Of a DNA stretch of 64,000 nt, positions 29,419 to 39,134 are shown piece by piece. The DNA comes from Candidatus Bathyarchaeota archaeon. GTDB lineage: Archaea > Thermoproteota > Bathyarchaeia > Bathyarchaeales > Bathycorpusculaceae. Position 1 is the stretch's first letter. Each line of letters begins with the position of its first letter. Below the pieces are notes generated by a model. That model was not told where the DNA came from. It worked only from the letters and a program-made list of their open reading frames with translations, and searched no databases. The position numbers were made by a program, and so were the translations under genes. The stretch is from the NCBI GenBank assembly GCA_963815095.1, contig CAWFFH010000008.1, positions 1-64,000 of the forward strand, written 5' to 3'.

Positions 29419-30129
29419 TTACTTCACCTCTCGATCTTCTTCGGGGTAATGACTGCTATCACAAAACGGCTTGTTAGTTGATTTTCCACAACGACAAAGG
29501 GTCACCCGATTCCTAACCTCATAGAGTTTTCCATCCGCCGAATAGATAGGGATTCCACCTCGAACCCAAATCGGACCATCAACACCGATGGCGGGATCTT
29601 CAATTAAACCGATTGATTTCTCAAGTAATGGCTCAATTGATTTTCCCGAATCCTTATCAATAACAACCAGCCGACCTGAAGGGCAATCACTGGCATTTTC
29701 AATCACGTTTTGCTTTGCCCATAGTTCATCTGATTTAGTAACAACCTGCCAGATGTCACCCCCCCGATGACAAAAACGTGCTGAAGCGCACAATATCTCA
29801 GCATCTTTCAGTTTTAATTTGGGACCATCTATCTCTTTTGCCATTTTTTCGTAGGGTTCATTATCGCTGGTTTCTGTTCCATTAAAGTCTACTTTCATGT
29901 GGGCGCCATCACAGAACGGCTTATTTTTAGATTGTCCACATCTGCAAAGGGCATAAGTTGCAGGCGTTTTTAGTTTTTCACCCATCCGCCATTTCGCCGG
30001 GACGTCTTCGTGATCGCATTGAATTGTCATTTTGACTAAAGGAATGTTTCCAGAAACAAGGTAAGGTCCGTTTTTTAAAACTCGCACCTTTGCAGCATCA
30101 TTTTCTTTTAAAGTTTCTTTATTTTCCAA
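29419..30129 (-). CDS. CDGSH iron-sulfur protein (two CDGSH domains plus central Fe-S domain)
   Basis: LCRCGQSKNKPFCDGAH, LCASARFC..CPSGRL, LCRCGKSTNKPFCDSSH. Confidence 0.9.
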   Translation of the reverse strand: MENKETLKENDAAKVRVLKNGPYLVSGNIPLVKMTIQCDHEDVPAKWRMGEKLKTPATYALCRCGQSKNKPFCDGAHMKVDFNGTETSDNEPYEKMAKEIDGPKLKLKDAEILCASARFCHRGGDIWQVVTKSDELWAKQNVIENASDCPSGRLVVIDKDSGKSIEPLLEKSIGLIEDPAIGVDGPIWVRGGIPIYSADGKLYEVRNRVTLCRCGKSTNKPFCDSSHYPEEDREVK

Positions 30130-30354
30130 ACAGGTTCATCTCGCTTCAACAAGTGAGCACTAAAATTATTCTTTAACTGCTTGCTGCTTCAACAGAACCG
30201 TTTTCGATTAGTTAAATTTTTTGTTATTTTCATTTTTTCACATTGAAAAATAATCTATTGCATTAAGTAAAATATGGAATGTGATGAAATGTAATCTTGT
30301 TGCAGATCGGTAGCAACCACATATTCATATTAACCAAAAAAAGAATTAATTGTT

Positions 30355-30606
30355 GTGCGAATTATAAATTTTAGAAAATATTTTTGGTTGAAACAAAGTT
30401 TGCCTAAACTCTCTTTTCAAAATACTTGGCAAGTAATAAAGATCATAATGTTAATTCAAGTTTCTAATATTGTGATAAACTATTTCGTGTGGCTGGTTTA
30501 TCGAGATTGGGTGGAAGGTTGGACAATTGCAGCATTATCTATTGGTTACACGGTTTTAATTTTGGTCATCAAGAAAGCTCAAGAAAACGTCAAAAAATTC
30601 CCTTAA
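30355..30606 (+). CDS. Hypothetical small membrane protein
   Basis: 83 aa, two hydrophobic segments; AT-rich context. Confidence 0.4.
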   Translation: MRIINFRKYFWLKQSLPKLSFQNTWQVIKIIMLIQVSNIVINYFVWLVYRDWVEGWTIAALSIGYTVLILVIKKAQENVKKFP

Positions 30607-30922
30607 ATAAATTAGAAGATTATTGCCCGCTTATTTGAATAATCTTATATTCCCCTTGTGTCAAATTGACCTTAACACACCCTCATTTTTAACATAGTGC
30701 TATTGAAACAATTTTTTTTTGGCTTCATGTTACTATAATTCAAAGCCGCGAAAACTTTTATAACACTTCAACCATAGAATTTAATGCAACTTTTAGATTA
30801 AAATCATTCAACTGAGCACTGTTTACACGCTCGCAGTTCTCATACCTGGCTAATGCTATCAACACAACTCGTTAATGTAAGTATCAAAAAAGAAATCAGT
30901 TTTAGATAGGAGGTGAATAGAT

Positions 30923-31486
30923 TTGTCTGAAGAAAAAAAGAAGAAAATGTACTATTATTATGGCGGCAAAGAGAAAAAAGCAGGAGAAATCAAAAAACAC
31001 TCCGAAGAAATTATTCCATATGCTTCCAGCGATATTCAACGTGATTTTGACAGAATGATGAACAGTTTCCAACATGAATTTGACGATTTCTGGGAAACAC
31101 CTTCACGATGGGGTCATGGAATGCGATGGAGGCACGGTTTTCCGATGATGCCTTTCAGAGACACAATGATGCCTTCAGTAGACATTGAGGATCGTGGAAA
31201 AGATTTTCGTTTGACTGTAGATTTGCCAGGCTTTAGTAAGGAAAACGTGGAAATCGAGGTCAGCGATGATTCAGTTGTTATTCATGCCAAAAAAAGTGTT
31301 GAAGACGAAGAGAAGAAAAGAAACTATGTTCGTCGTGAAAGAGCCGCCCAAACTTTCTACAGAAAAGTTCCATTGCCTGAAGTAGTTAGGTCAGATGATG
31401 CGAAAGCAAACCTCAACAACGGCATACTTGAGGTTACATTGCCAAAGAAGGAACCTAAAGAAACCAAAAAACTATCAATAGAATAA
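30923..31486 (+). CDS. Hsp20/alpha-crystallin small heat shock protein
   Basis: PSVDIED, VDLPGF.KE, ANLNNGILEVTLPK; GGAGGTGA RBS at 30909. Confidence 0.92.
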   Translation: MSEEKKKKMYYYYGGKEKKAGEIKKHSEEIIPYASSDIQRDFDRMMNSFQHEFDDFWETPSRWGHGMRWRHGFPMMPFRDTMMPSVDIEDRGKDFRLTVDLPGFSKENVEIEVSDDSVVIHAKKSVEDEEKKRNYVRRERAAQTFYRKVPLPEVVRSDDAKANLNNGILEVTLPKKEPKETKKLSIE

Positions 31487-31489
31487 GCG

Positions 31490-31519
31490 GGAAAGGCTTT
31501 TGCCTTTCCTTTCTTGTTT
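31490..31519 (+). terminator. Hairpin plus T-rich tract after hsp20
   Basis: ggaaaggc-tttt-gcctttcc followed by tttcttgttt. Confidence 0.6.
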
Positions 31520-31606
31520 CATTATATGCAAAAGCCAAATCAGCCAATGACTTTATGTTTCAGAAACACTTTATTAATATAAGCATGTTATAGAAAAGCG
31601 ATAAAC

Positions 31607-31963
31607 ATGGATCCTCAATGTGAAGTAATCGGCAAATACGTTCTGCCCATCTTTAGGTCGATGCTTGCCAAAGAGCTCGTGCAAACATACCATCTTTCCC
31701 AGACGGAAGCAGCCAAAAAACTAGGAACTACCCAAGCTGCTGTAAGTCAGTATCTCAGCTCAAAACGTGCTTACAAAGGTATTGAACATGTAGAGCAATA
31801 TTTGCCAAAAATTCAGGAAATGGCATCTGAAACCGCCCAGAAACTCGTGAATCAAAAGATTGCGGCTAAGGATGTTACTTTTGATTTTTGTCGACTCTGT
31901 GCTACTTTTTGTACTAAAACTTCTGTGAAAACAGGGGTCTTAAACCCAGATTACTACATTTGA
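31607..31963 (+). CDS. Archaeal HTH transcriptional regulator (COG2522-like)
   Basis: PQCE..LP..RS.LAKEL, LSQTEAAKKLGTTQAAVSQYLSSKR, C-terminal CxxC. Confidence 0.8.
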   Translation: MDPQCEVIGKYVLPIFRSMLAKELVQTYHLSQTEAAKKLGTTQAAVSQYLSSKRAYKGIEHVEQYLPKIQEMASETAQKLVNQKIAAKDVTFDFCRLCATFCTKTSVKTGVLNPDYYI

Positions 31964-32005
31964 CTCAAAAAAGCAAAGCTCCAAGAAAAGCCCTAAATAT
32001 TGAGT

Positions 32006-32560
32006 CTAGAGCATTCGTAACAAGTCTGCCTTTGTAATGATGCCTATTACGATGCCTTTCTTCGATACTAAAACAGCTGAGTAAGTCTGCAAAAGACTAG
32101 TTATCAACGATAGGGGAGCATCCTCGTTTATCTGTGGGAACGATTCTTCCATAATGTCTTCCGTTGGCAATTTGGAGATTTGCTCTAAATCTTTTCCAGA
32201 AAGGATTTGGTGAAGAATTGCCTTTTCTGATATGCTGCCTACAGACTGTTTCCCATTAAAAACCGGTAGTTGTGAGTAACCGTGGTCTTTCATTATTTTT
32301 ACGACTTCTGAGATTGGTTGATTTTTTTGGATGCTAAGGACGTCGTTGTGGACTATTTTTTCTGTTTGGACTTTAGTTTTGAATTCTAAACGTTCAAGCA
32401 CGTCAAAGATGGTTTTTACTTTGGTGTAGGATGAATCTATGGTTCCTGCTTCAAGTTTGGCGATTAAGGATTGGCTGACGCCTGCGGCTTTGGCTAGTTC
32501 TGATTGTTTTAGACCTAGTTGTCTGCGGCGTTTGGCAATGTCTTGCAGTGTCGGGACCAT
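32006..32560 (-). CDS. XRE-HTH + CBS pair regulator (COG3620-like)
   Basis: LKQSELAKAAGVSQSLIAKLEAG; YSQLPV, GSISE, GIITKADL. Confidence 0.88.
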   Translation of the reverse strand: MVPTLQDIAKRRRQLGLKQSELAKAAGVSQSLIAKLEAGTIDSSYTKVKTIFDVLERLEFKTKVQTEKIVHNDVLSIQKNQPISEVVKIMKDHGYSQLPVFNGKQSVGSISEKAILHQILSGKDLEQISKLPTEDIMEESFPQINEDAPLSLITSLLQTYSAVLVSKKGIVIGIITKADLLRML

Positions 32561-32585
32561 GGTTTAATGATTGTTTTTATGGGCT

Positions 32586-32605
32586 AATATTCTTTTTGGA
32601 ATATT
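32586..32605. promoter_or_regulatory. Candidate operator palindrome between HTH-CBS gene and metY
   Basis: AATATTC-N6-GAATATT perfect 7-bp arms; function inferred. Confidence 0.4.
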
Positions 32606-32672
32606 TTTTGCAAGAACCCATATAACGCCGTTATCCATATTTTGTTTCAACCAAAACAAGAGGCAACCAAAA

Positions 32673-33974
32673 ATGCCAAACAAAAAAATAGACACAATCG
32701 CCCTCCACGCAGGGCAAGAAACTCCTGATCCAACTACAGGATCAAGAGCCGTCCCAATCTACCAAACAAGCTCATTCGTGTTCAAGAGCACAGAGCATGC
32801 AGCAAACTTGTTTGCTCTAAAAGAGCTCGGAAACATTTACACAAGAATGATGAACCCCACAACTGATGTCTTCGAAAAAAGAGTTGCTGCAATCGAAGGC
32901 GGAACCGGAGCCTTAGCTGTAGCATCAGGCCAAGCAGCAATATCATTGGCACTGCTAAACATAACACAAGTCGGCGACGAAATAGTCGCAGCCAACAACC
33001 TGTACGGCGGAACCTACAGCTTACTTCACTATACTTTCCCCAAATTAGCTAGAAAAGCAACCTTCGTTGATTCCCAGAAACCAAGCGAATTCAAAAAAGC
33101 CATTACACCCAAAACCCGTGTCATTTACGCTGAAACAATCGGCAACCCCAAACTCGATGTCCCAGACTTTGAAGCATTAGCAAAAATAGCTCACGAAGCG
33201 GGTGTCCCACTGGTTATAGATAACACGGTAGGGGTGGGTTTGGTGAAACCCATCGATTACGGTGCAGACATCCTAGTTACTTCAGCCACCAAATACATCG
33301 GTGGACACGGCACAAGCATCGGCGGAATAATAGTGGATTCTGGCAAATTCAAATGGAATAACGGCAAATATCCAGAATTTACCGCGCCAGATCCAAGCTA
33401 CCATGGAATAAAATATTGGGATGCTTTTGGAAACTTCCCAGATTTAGGAAACGTTGTATTCATATTCAAAGCGCGAGTCCAACTTCTACGAGATTTGGGA
33501 CCTACTTTGAGTCCATTCAATTCCTTCCTATTCCTTCAGGGCTTAGAAGATTTGCCCCTAAGACAACGCAGACACTCCGAAAACGCTTTACAAGTTGCAC
33601 AGTTCCTCAAGAATAATCCCTTGGTTAGCTGGGTTAACTACCCAGGCTTAACAGACAACCCCAACCACAAGGTTGCCTCAAAATATCTCAAAAAATACTA
33701 TGGTGGCTTAGTTGGGTTTGGCATAAAAGGCGGCTTAAGCTCAGGCAAAAAATTCATCGAATCAGTAAAACTGCTCTCGCACTTAGCAAACATTGGCGAC
33801 GCAAAAAGCCTAGTAATTCATCCAGCATCTACGACTCATCAACAATTGACTCCACAGGAACAGGCTACAACGGGAGTCACACCCGATTTTATCAGGCTCT
33901 CAATTGGCTTAGAGGACCCTGAAGACATAATCTCTGACATAGACCAAGCCCTCAAATCATCAGCCAAACCGTAA
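32673..33974 (+). CDS. metY: O-acetylhomoserine sulfhydrylase
   Basis: [32 protein letters not shown] lysine, [20 protein letters not shown]; start ATG32673. Confidence 0.92.
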   Translation: MPNKKIDTIALHAGQETPDPTTGSRAVPIYQTSSFVFKSTEHAANLFALKELGNIYTRMMNPTTDVFEKRVAAIEGGTGALAVASGQAAISLALLNITQVGDEIVAANNLYGGTYSLLHYTFPKLARKATFVDSQKPSEFKKAITPKTRVIYAETIGNPKLDVPDFEALAKIAHEAGVPLVIDNTVGVGLVKPIDYGADILVTSATKYIGGHGTSIGGIIVDSGKFKWNNGKYPEFTAPDPSYHGIKYWDAFGNFPDLGNVVFIFKARVQLLRDLGPTLSPFNSFLFLQGLEDLPLRQRRHSENALQVAQFLKNNPLVSWVNYPGLTDNPNHKVASKYLKKYYGGLVGFGIKGGLSSGKKFIESVKLLSHLANIGDAKSLVIHPASTTHQQLTPQEQATTGVTPDFIRLSIGLEDPEDIISDIDQALKSSAKP

Positions 33975-33996
33975 ATACCTCACCTTTTCCTTTTTT

Positions 33997-35136
33997 ATGG
34001 AGGCAAACACGCTAATAATCAACGAAAAAACTAACCCAACGCAAACCTACACTTTCGCCAGTCCACCAGACGAGTTAACGTTGGAATCAGGCGAAAAACT
34101 AGGTTCAATTACGCTCGCCTACGAAACATACGGCAAGTTGAATAAACAAAAATCAAACGCAATTCTAATTCTTCATGCTCTCAGCGGCGATGCGCATGTT
34201 TCAGGACCAGGCGGTTGGTGGGAGAACCTCATAGGTAAAGGATATGGTATTGATACAGACAAGTACTTTGTCATATGCAGCAACGTTATTGGCGGCTGCA
34301 AGGGTTCAACTGGTCCATCTTCAATCAATCCAAAGACGGACAAGCCTTATGGTCTTAGTTTTCCATTGGTTAGCATAGGCGACATGGTTGAAGCACAAAA
34401 AAAACTCATAGATCATTTGGGTATTGAGAAACTTTTGGCTGTGGTTGGGGGCTCGATGGGTGGTATGCAGGTTTTGCAGTGGATGATCACGTACCCAAAC
34501 AGAATACGCTCGGCCATTCCTATAGCAACTACACTTAAGCATACTCCTCAGCAAATAGCTTTCAACGAAGTTGGTCGGCAAGCGGTGATGTCTGACCCTG
34601 ATTGGAAAAACGGCGACTACTACAGTCACAATCCACCAGCGAAAGGATTAGCTGTGGCTAGAATGATTGGGCACATAACCTACATGAGCGACACTTCAAT
34701 GACTGAGAAGTTTGGTCGAAAAACTCGAATTGATAAAGAACCCTTCAAATTCAGCGCTGACTACGAAGTCGAAGGATACCTACGTTACCGAGGAGACAAC
34801 TTTGTCAAACGTTTTGACGCCAACAGCTACCTATATCTCACCAAAGCCATAGACAACTTCAACATCCTAAACGGCCACAGTTTAGGCAAGGTCTTTTGGG
34901 GCTTAAAGGCAAAGGTTCTAGTGTTAGCTTTTAAATCGGATTGGCTCTACCCAGCTTATCAAAGCCAAGAAATCGTAAAAGCCTGCAAACTCGCCGATAT
35001 AGAGGCAAGTTATTGCGAAATAACTAGCACTTATGGACACGACTCTTTTCTGTTGGAAACTGAACAAGAAGCGCAGCTTATCGGGGGTTTCTTGAAGGCT
35101 GTGACAGCTGGAAATGGGGGCAGCGACCAAGCATGA
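33997..35136 (+). CDS. metX: Homoserine O-acetyltransferase
   Basis: [14 protein letters not shown] nucleophile, RFDANSY, SDWLYP, YGHDSFL. Confidence 0.92.
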   Translation: MEANTLIINEKTNPTQTYTFASPPDELTLESGEKLGSITLAYETYGKLNKQKSNAILILHALSGDAHVSGPGGWWENLIGKGYGIDTDKYFVICSNVIGGCKGSTGPSSINPKTDKPYGLSFPLVSIGDMVEAQKKLIDHLGIEKLLAVVGGSMGGMQVLQWMITYPNRIRSAIPIATTLKHTPQQIAFNEVGRQAVMSDPDWKNGDYYSHNPPAKGLAVARMIGHITYMSDTSMTEKFGRKTRIDKEPFKFSADYEVEGYLRYRGDNFVKRFDANSYLYLTKAIDNFNILNGHSLGKVFWGLKAKVLVLAFKSDWLYPAYQSQEIVKACKLADIEASYCEITSTYGHDSFLLETEQEAQLIGGFLKAVTAGNGGSDQA

Positions 35137-35726
35137 CCAAGCAAACCCACGTGATAGAGCATAAAGTCATTTCAGGGTGGATAAGTAGCGGAGCATCCGT
35201 GTTGGATTTGGGGTGTGGCGATGGTGAATTGCTTTCTTTGCTGATTAGAAACAAGCAAGTGCATGCCCAAGGTGTGGAGCTAAACGATCAAGCTATCCAC
35301 AATTGTGTTACAGTGGGCTTAAGTGTGTTTCAACAAGATATTGATACGGGATTAACGGAATTCGCCGACAAAAGTGTCAATTACGTAATTTTGAACCAAA
35401 CGCTTCAACAAGTTAAGAAGCCTGATTTTGTCATAAAAGAAGCATTACGCGTAGGTAAAAAAGTTGTAGTTGGTTTCCCAAATTTCTGCTACGTTACTGA
35501 TCGCTTCCAGATTTTCTTCCGGGGAAAAGTTCCAGTTACACCCTCACTGCCCTTTGAATGGTATAATACCCCAAACTTGCATTTCTTAAGTATCTCAGAC
35601 TTCAAGGAATACTGCAAAAAGAACCAGATAACCATTGAAAATGCGGCATTCATTTCAAAGAATAGGAATGTTACTATTTTGCCTAATCTGTTTGGTGAAG
35701 TTGGGCTTTTCTTGCTTTCAAAATGA
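35133..35726 (+). CDS. metW: Methionine biosynthesis protein MetW
   Basis: [31 protein letters not shown]; overlaps metX stop. Confidence 0.9.
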   Translation: MTKQTHVIEHKVISGWISSGASVLDLGCGDGELLSLLIRNKQVHAQGVELNDQAIHNCVTVGLSVFQQDIDTGLTEFADKSVNYVILNQTLQQVKKPDFVIKEALRVGKKVVVGFPNFCYVTDRFQIFFRGKVPVTPSLPFEWYNTPNLHFLSISDFKEYCKKNQITIENAAFISKNRNVTILPNLFGEVGLFLLSK

Positions 35727-35947
35727 ATTGCCATATTTTCTGCGGTGTTAATAGTTTAGAAAAACTTCAATATGACCTCCCCTCTTAGGTTGCTGCATAC
35801 AGTTTCTAATTGGATTTAACAAAAGTCCATTCATTAGTGCAAAGCGAATGAGCTATACCCACCAAACATAAGGTGTACAAAAGGTATTTTCAAATGGGTA
35901 AAGGTTTAAGTGCAACATTCATTCTTATTCTGCCAAAGGTATGAAAT

Positions 35948-36109
35948 ATGCCAACTCACGGAAGTCTATCAAAAGCTGGAAAAGTCCGCTCTCAAACACC
36001 AAAAATCACAGCGCAAGAGAGAACTGCTCCGAGTCCAAAAGCACGAAACAGACGAAACTTTGAGAAACGCGTGACTCTGCAGCGCAAAGCCGGTCAAAAC
36101 TGGGTCTAA
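35948..36109 (+). CDS. rps30e: 30S ribosomal protein S30e (not in ORF track)
   Basis: Manual translation [42 protein letters not shown]... Confidence 0.95.
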   Translation: MPTHGSLSKAGKVRSQTPKITAQERTAPSPKARNRRNFEKRVTLQRKAGQNWV

Positions 36110-36195
36110 GCAGAATATTTTTTCAAGCTCATTTTTTCATTTTAAGTTAGTTTAGTTTATTTATTTGTAATCTTAACCTATTCTGGTACTTTCCT

Positions 36196-37791
36196 TTGAA
36201 CGCCCAAGTTGCCCTCAGAGAAATAATTGCAACATTGCTTTCTATGCCCTCGCCCACGCATGAAGACGTAAACCGCCTAAAAATCAAGGTCGCAGCAAAG
36301 TACCATTTAAAAGCTGTCCCCGCCAACGCCGATTTAATAACCGCATTGACCCCGACGGAAGCAAAAAAACTTTTACCTATTATTAGACGAAAAAATACTC
36401 GCGCCATCAGCGGCGTAACAGTAATCGCCGTCATGACTAAGCCTTATCCGTGTCCACAGCCTGAGCCCTGTGCTTACTGCCCCGGTGGACCCACCCAAGG
36501 CAGCCCCCAAAGCTACACAGGATATGAACCAGCCGCTTTGCGTGGAACCCAAAACAGTTTCGATCCATATGAACAAGTTAAAAGCCGCATACGCCAACTC
36601 ACAGCTATCGGGCACAAGGTGGATAAGGTCGAGTTAATCGTTATGGGCGGAACCTTCCCAGCCACTCCGATGGAGTACCAGACCTGGTTTATCCAGCGTT
36701 GCCTAGACGCCTTAACGGGAAAAACCTCTGCAAACCTGGATGAAGCTAAAGCGAATGCTGAAGTTAGCAAAACCCGCAACGTCGGCATAACCGTCGAAAC
36801 GCGGCCTGACTGGGCAAAACAAGTTCACATCGATGCTATGCTTGGCATGGGTGTAACGCGTGTGGAGATTGGCGTGCAGAATCCCGATGACGAAATTTAT
36901 CATCTTGTTGGAAGAACCCACACCGTTGCAGACGTAATTGAGGCCACGCAAATTGCTAAAGATTCGGGATTAAAAATTGTTTATCACTTAATGCCTGGAA
37001 TGCCTGGTTCTAATGCTGAAAAAGATATCGCTGCGTTCAAAAGAGTTTTTTCCAATCTAGATTTTAAACCGGATATGATAAAAATTTATCCATGCCTAGC
37101 CATTGCTGGAACCAAAGCCAATGAGTGGTTTCAGAAAGGCACGTTTGAGCCTTATACAACTGAACAAGCCGCCAACGTAATCGCGGAAATCAAAAAAACC
37201 ATTCCGCAATGGGTAAGAGTGATGCGTGTGCAACGCGACATTCCAGCCAGACTTATTTTGGCAGGCGTAAAAAAGAGTGATGTGCGAGAGCTTGCCCAGT
37301 CAAAACTTAAAGCACAGGGTAACCAATGCCAATGTATCCGGTGCCGAGAAGTGGGACACCGTTTGGAAGTTGACCACGTAAGGCCTGATTTGGAAAAAAT
37401 CAAAATCCTAACCCAACACTACGAAGCTTCGGGAGGTAAAGAATTTTTCATATCAGTCGAAGATCCAGAAAACAATGTTTTGTTAGGTTACTTGCGTATG
37501 CGTGTTCCTTCTGTGAAGGCTCACAGACCAGAAATCACTGCTATGCCCTCTGCAATTGTGCGGGAACTCCACGTTTACGGACAGCTTGTCCCAGTCGGAA
37601 AACACACCGCTGGCGCTTGGCAGCACAAGGGTTACGGACAAATTCTACTAAAAGAAGCCGAACGCTTAGCAGGAGAAGAACTTGGTCTGAAAAAGCTTTT
37701 AGTTATCAGTGCGTTAGGAACAAGAAGGTATTACATGCGTTTCGGGTACGAACGCGATGGAGTTTACGTTTCAAAAAAACTGGTGAATTAA
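36196..37791 (+). CDS. elp3: Elp3 radical SAM/acetyltransferase (tRNA U34 modification)
   Basis: CPQPEPCAYCPGG, QSYTGYEP, MGGTF, ETRPD, RELHVYG, WQHKGYG, VISALG. Confidence 0.93.
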   Translation: MNAQVALREIIATLLSMPSPTHEDVNRLKIKVAAKYHLKAVPANADLITALTPTEAKKLLPIIRRKNTRAISGVTVIAVMTKPYPCPQPEPCAYCPGGPTQGSPQSYTGYEPAALRGTQNSFDPYEQVKSRIRQLTAIGHKVDKVELIVMGGTFPATPMEYQTWFIQRCLDALTGKTSANLDEAKANAEVSKTRNVGITVETRPDWAKQVHIDAMLGMGVTRVEIGVQNPDDEIYHLVGRTHTVADVIEATQIAKDSGLKIVYHLMPGMPGSNAEKDIAAFKRVFSNLDFKPDMIKIYPCLAIAGTKANEWFQKGTFEPYTTEQAANVIAEIKKTIPQWVRVMRVQRDIPARLILAGVKKSDVRELAQSKLKAQGNQCQCIRCREVGHRLEVDHVRPDLEKIKILTQHYEASGGKEFFISVEDPENNVLLGYLRMRVPSVKAHRPEITAMPSAIVRELHVYGQLVPVGKHTAGAWQHKGYGQILLKEAERLAGEELGLKKLLVISALGTRRYYMRFGYERDGVYVSKKLVN

Positions 37792-37792
37792 A

Positions 37793-39133
37793 ATGAGTCA
37801 AATTGAAGATTCAGGTTACAAAGGCGAGGCACTGCGCCTGCTAAAACAAGCCGACTGCAGCGTCGGAGACATTCTGAAAGTCATAAGCAAAGGCAAAACC
37901 TACGAGGGCATATTGATTCCCCGCTCAGGCGAGGGGACAGCCATCATTATCAAGATGAAAAGTGGCTATAATATCGGCATCCAAGCCTCCTCGGACATTG
38001 AAGTTGAAAAAATCGGGAAGGGCACCAAACCCACCTTCGCTTCACCGCCCATTCCCAAACAGAACCCTGCTTTACCCCACGTTGTTATCATGAGCACTGG
38101 CGGAACCATCGCTAGCCGAGTAGACTACCGCACAGGCGCAGTGCGCTCAGCGATTTCAGCCAGCGATCTATATGGCGTGGTTCCAGAGCTCGCTGACGTA
38201 GCAAGAGTTGACACAGAAATTGTTTTTAGTATTTACAGCGAAAACCTCACCCAGCAAAACTGGCAAGAACTGGCCATTAAGGTGGCAGAGCGCATCGAGC
38301 AAGGCGTGGATGGCGTTGTCATTGCGCATGGCACAGACACTATGGCTTACACATCAGCCGCTTTGAGCTTCGCACTGCAGAATTTGCCCGTTCCAGTTAT
38401 TCTCGTTGGGGCCCAGCGTTCTTCTGACCGCCCCAGCAGTGATGCAGCAACAAATCTGATTGGTGCAGTTAAAGCCGCTGGAGAAGCGCCCTTTGCCGAG
38501 GTTGGATTGGCGATGCATGAAACTGTCTCTGACACCGCAATCGTAGTTCATAGGGGAACAAAAGTACGCAAGTGCCACACAAGCCGAAGAGACACCTTCA
38601 AGGCGATTAACGGTTTTACCATTGCGAAAGTCAAAGATTTGCAAGTTACAATGCAAACTGACCAATACCCGCGCCGAGACCCCAAGAAAAAACTGGTTCT
38701 CAAACCTAATTTTAGCGAAAAAGTAGCGCTTGTAAAGTTCTATCCTGGACTCGACCCCGCTATCATTGACTTTTACGTTGAAAAGGGCATGAAGGGCATT
38801 CTGCTTGAAGGTTCAGGTTTAGGTCATGTCAGCAAATTCTGCTTTGACGCTATCAAAAACGCAGTGTCCAAAGGAGTAGTAGTTGCTTTAGCTTCCCAAT
38901 GCATCTGGGGTCGTGTAAACATGAACGTCTACGATACAGGACGCGATTTGCAATCATTCGGTGTTGTGCCGCTTGACGACATGTTCCCCGAAACCGGGCT
39001 TGTTAAACTCATGTGGGCTCTTGGACAAACGGATGATCCAAATGAAGCCGTCAAATTGCTGAAAACTAATATTGCAGGTGAATTCTCCCCCCGAACGCTT
39101 CCACAAGACAAAATCGTTGAAGGAGCACAATAA
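37793..39133 (+). CDS. gatD: Glu-tRNA(Gln) amidotransferase subunit D
   Basis: KMKSGYNIG, STGGTIASRVDYRTG, HGTDT, GAQRSSDRPSSD. Confidence 0.95.
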   Translation: MSQIEDSGYKGEALRLLKQADCSVGDILKVISKGKTYEGILIPRSGEGTAIIIKMKSGYNIGIQASSDIEVEKIGKGTKPTFASPPIPKQNPALPHVVIMSTGGTIASRVDYRTGAVRSAISASDLYGVVPELADVARVDTEIVFSIYSENLTQQNWQELAIKVAERIEQGVDGVVIAHGTDTMAYTSAALSFALQNLPVPVILVGAQRSSDRPSSDAATNLIGAVKAAGEAPFAEVGLAMHETVSDTAIVVHRGTKVRKCHTSRRDTFKAINGFTIAKVKDLQVTMQTDQYPRRDPKKKLVLKPNFSEKVALVKFYPGLDPAIIDFYVEKGMKGILLEGSGLGHVSKFCFDAIKNAVSKGVVVALASQCIWGRVNMNVYDTGRDLQSFGVVPLDDMFPETGLVKLMWALGQTDDPNEAVKLLKTNIAGEFSPRTLPQDKIVEGAQ

Positions 39134-39134
39134 A

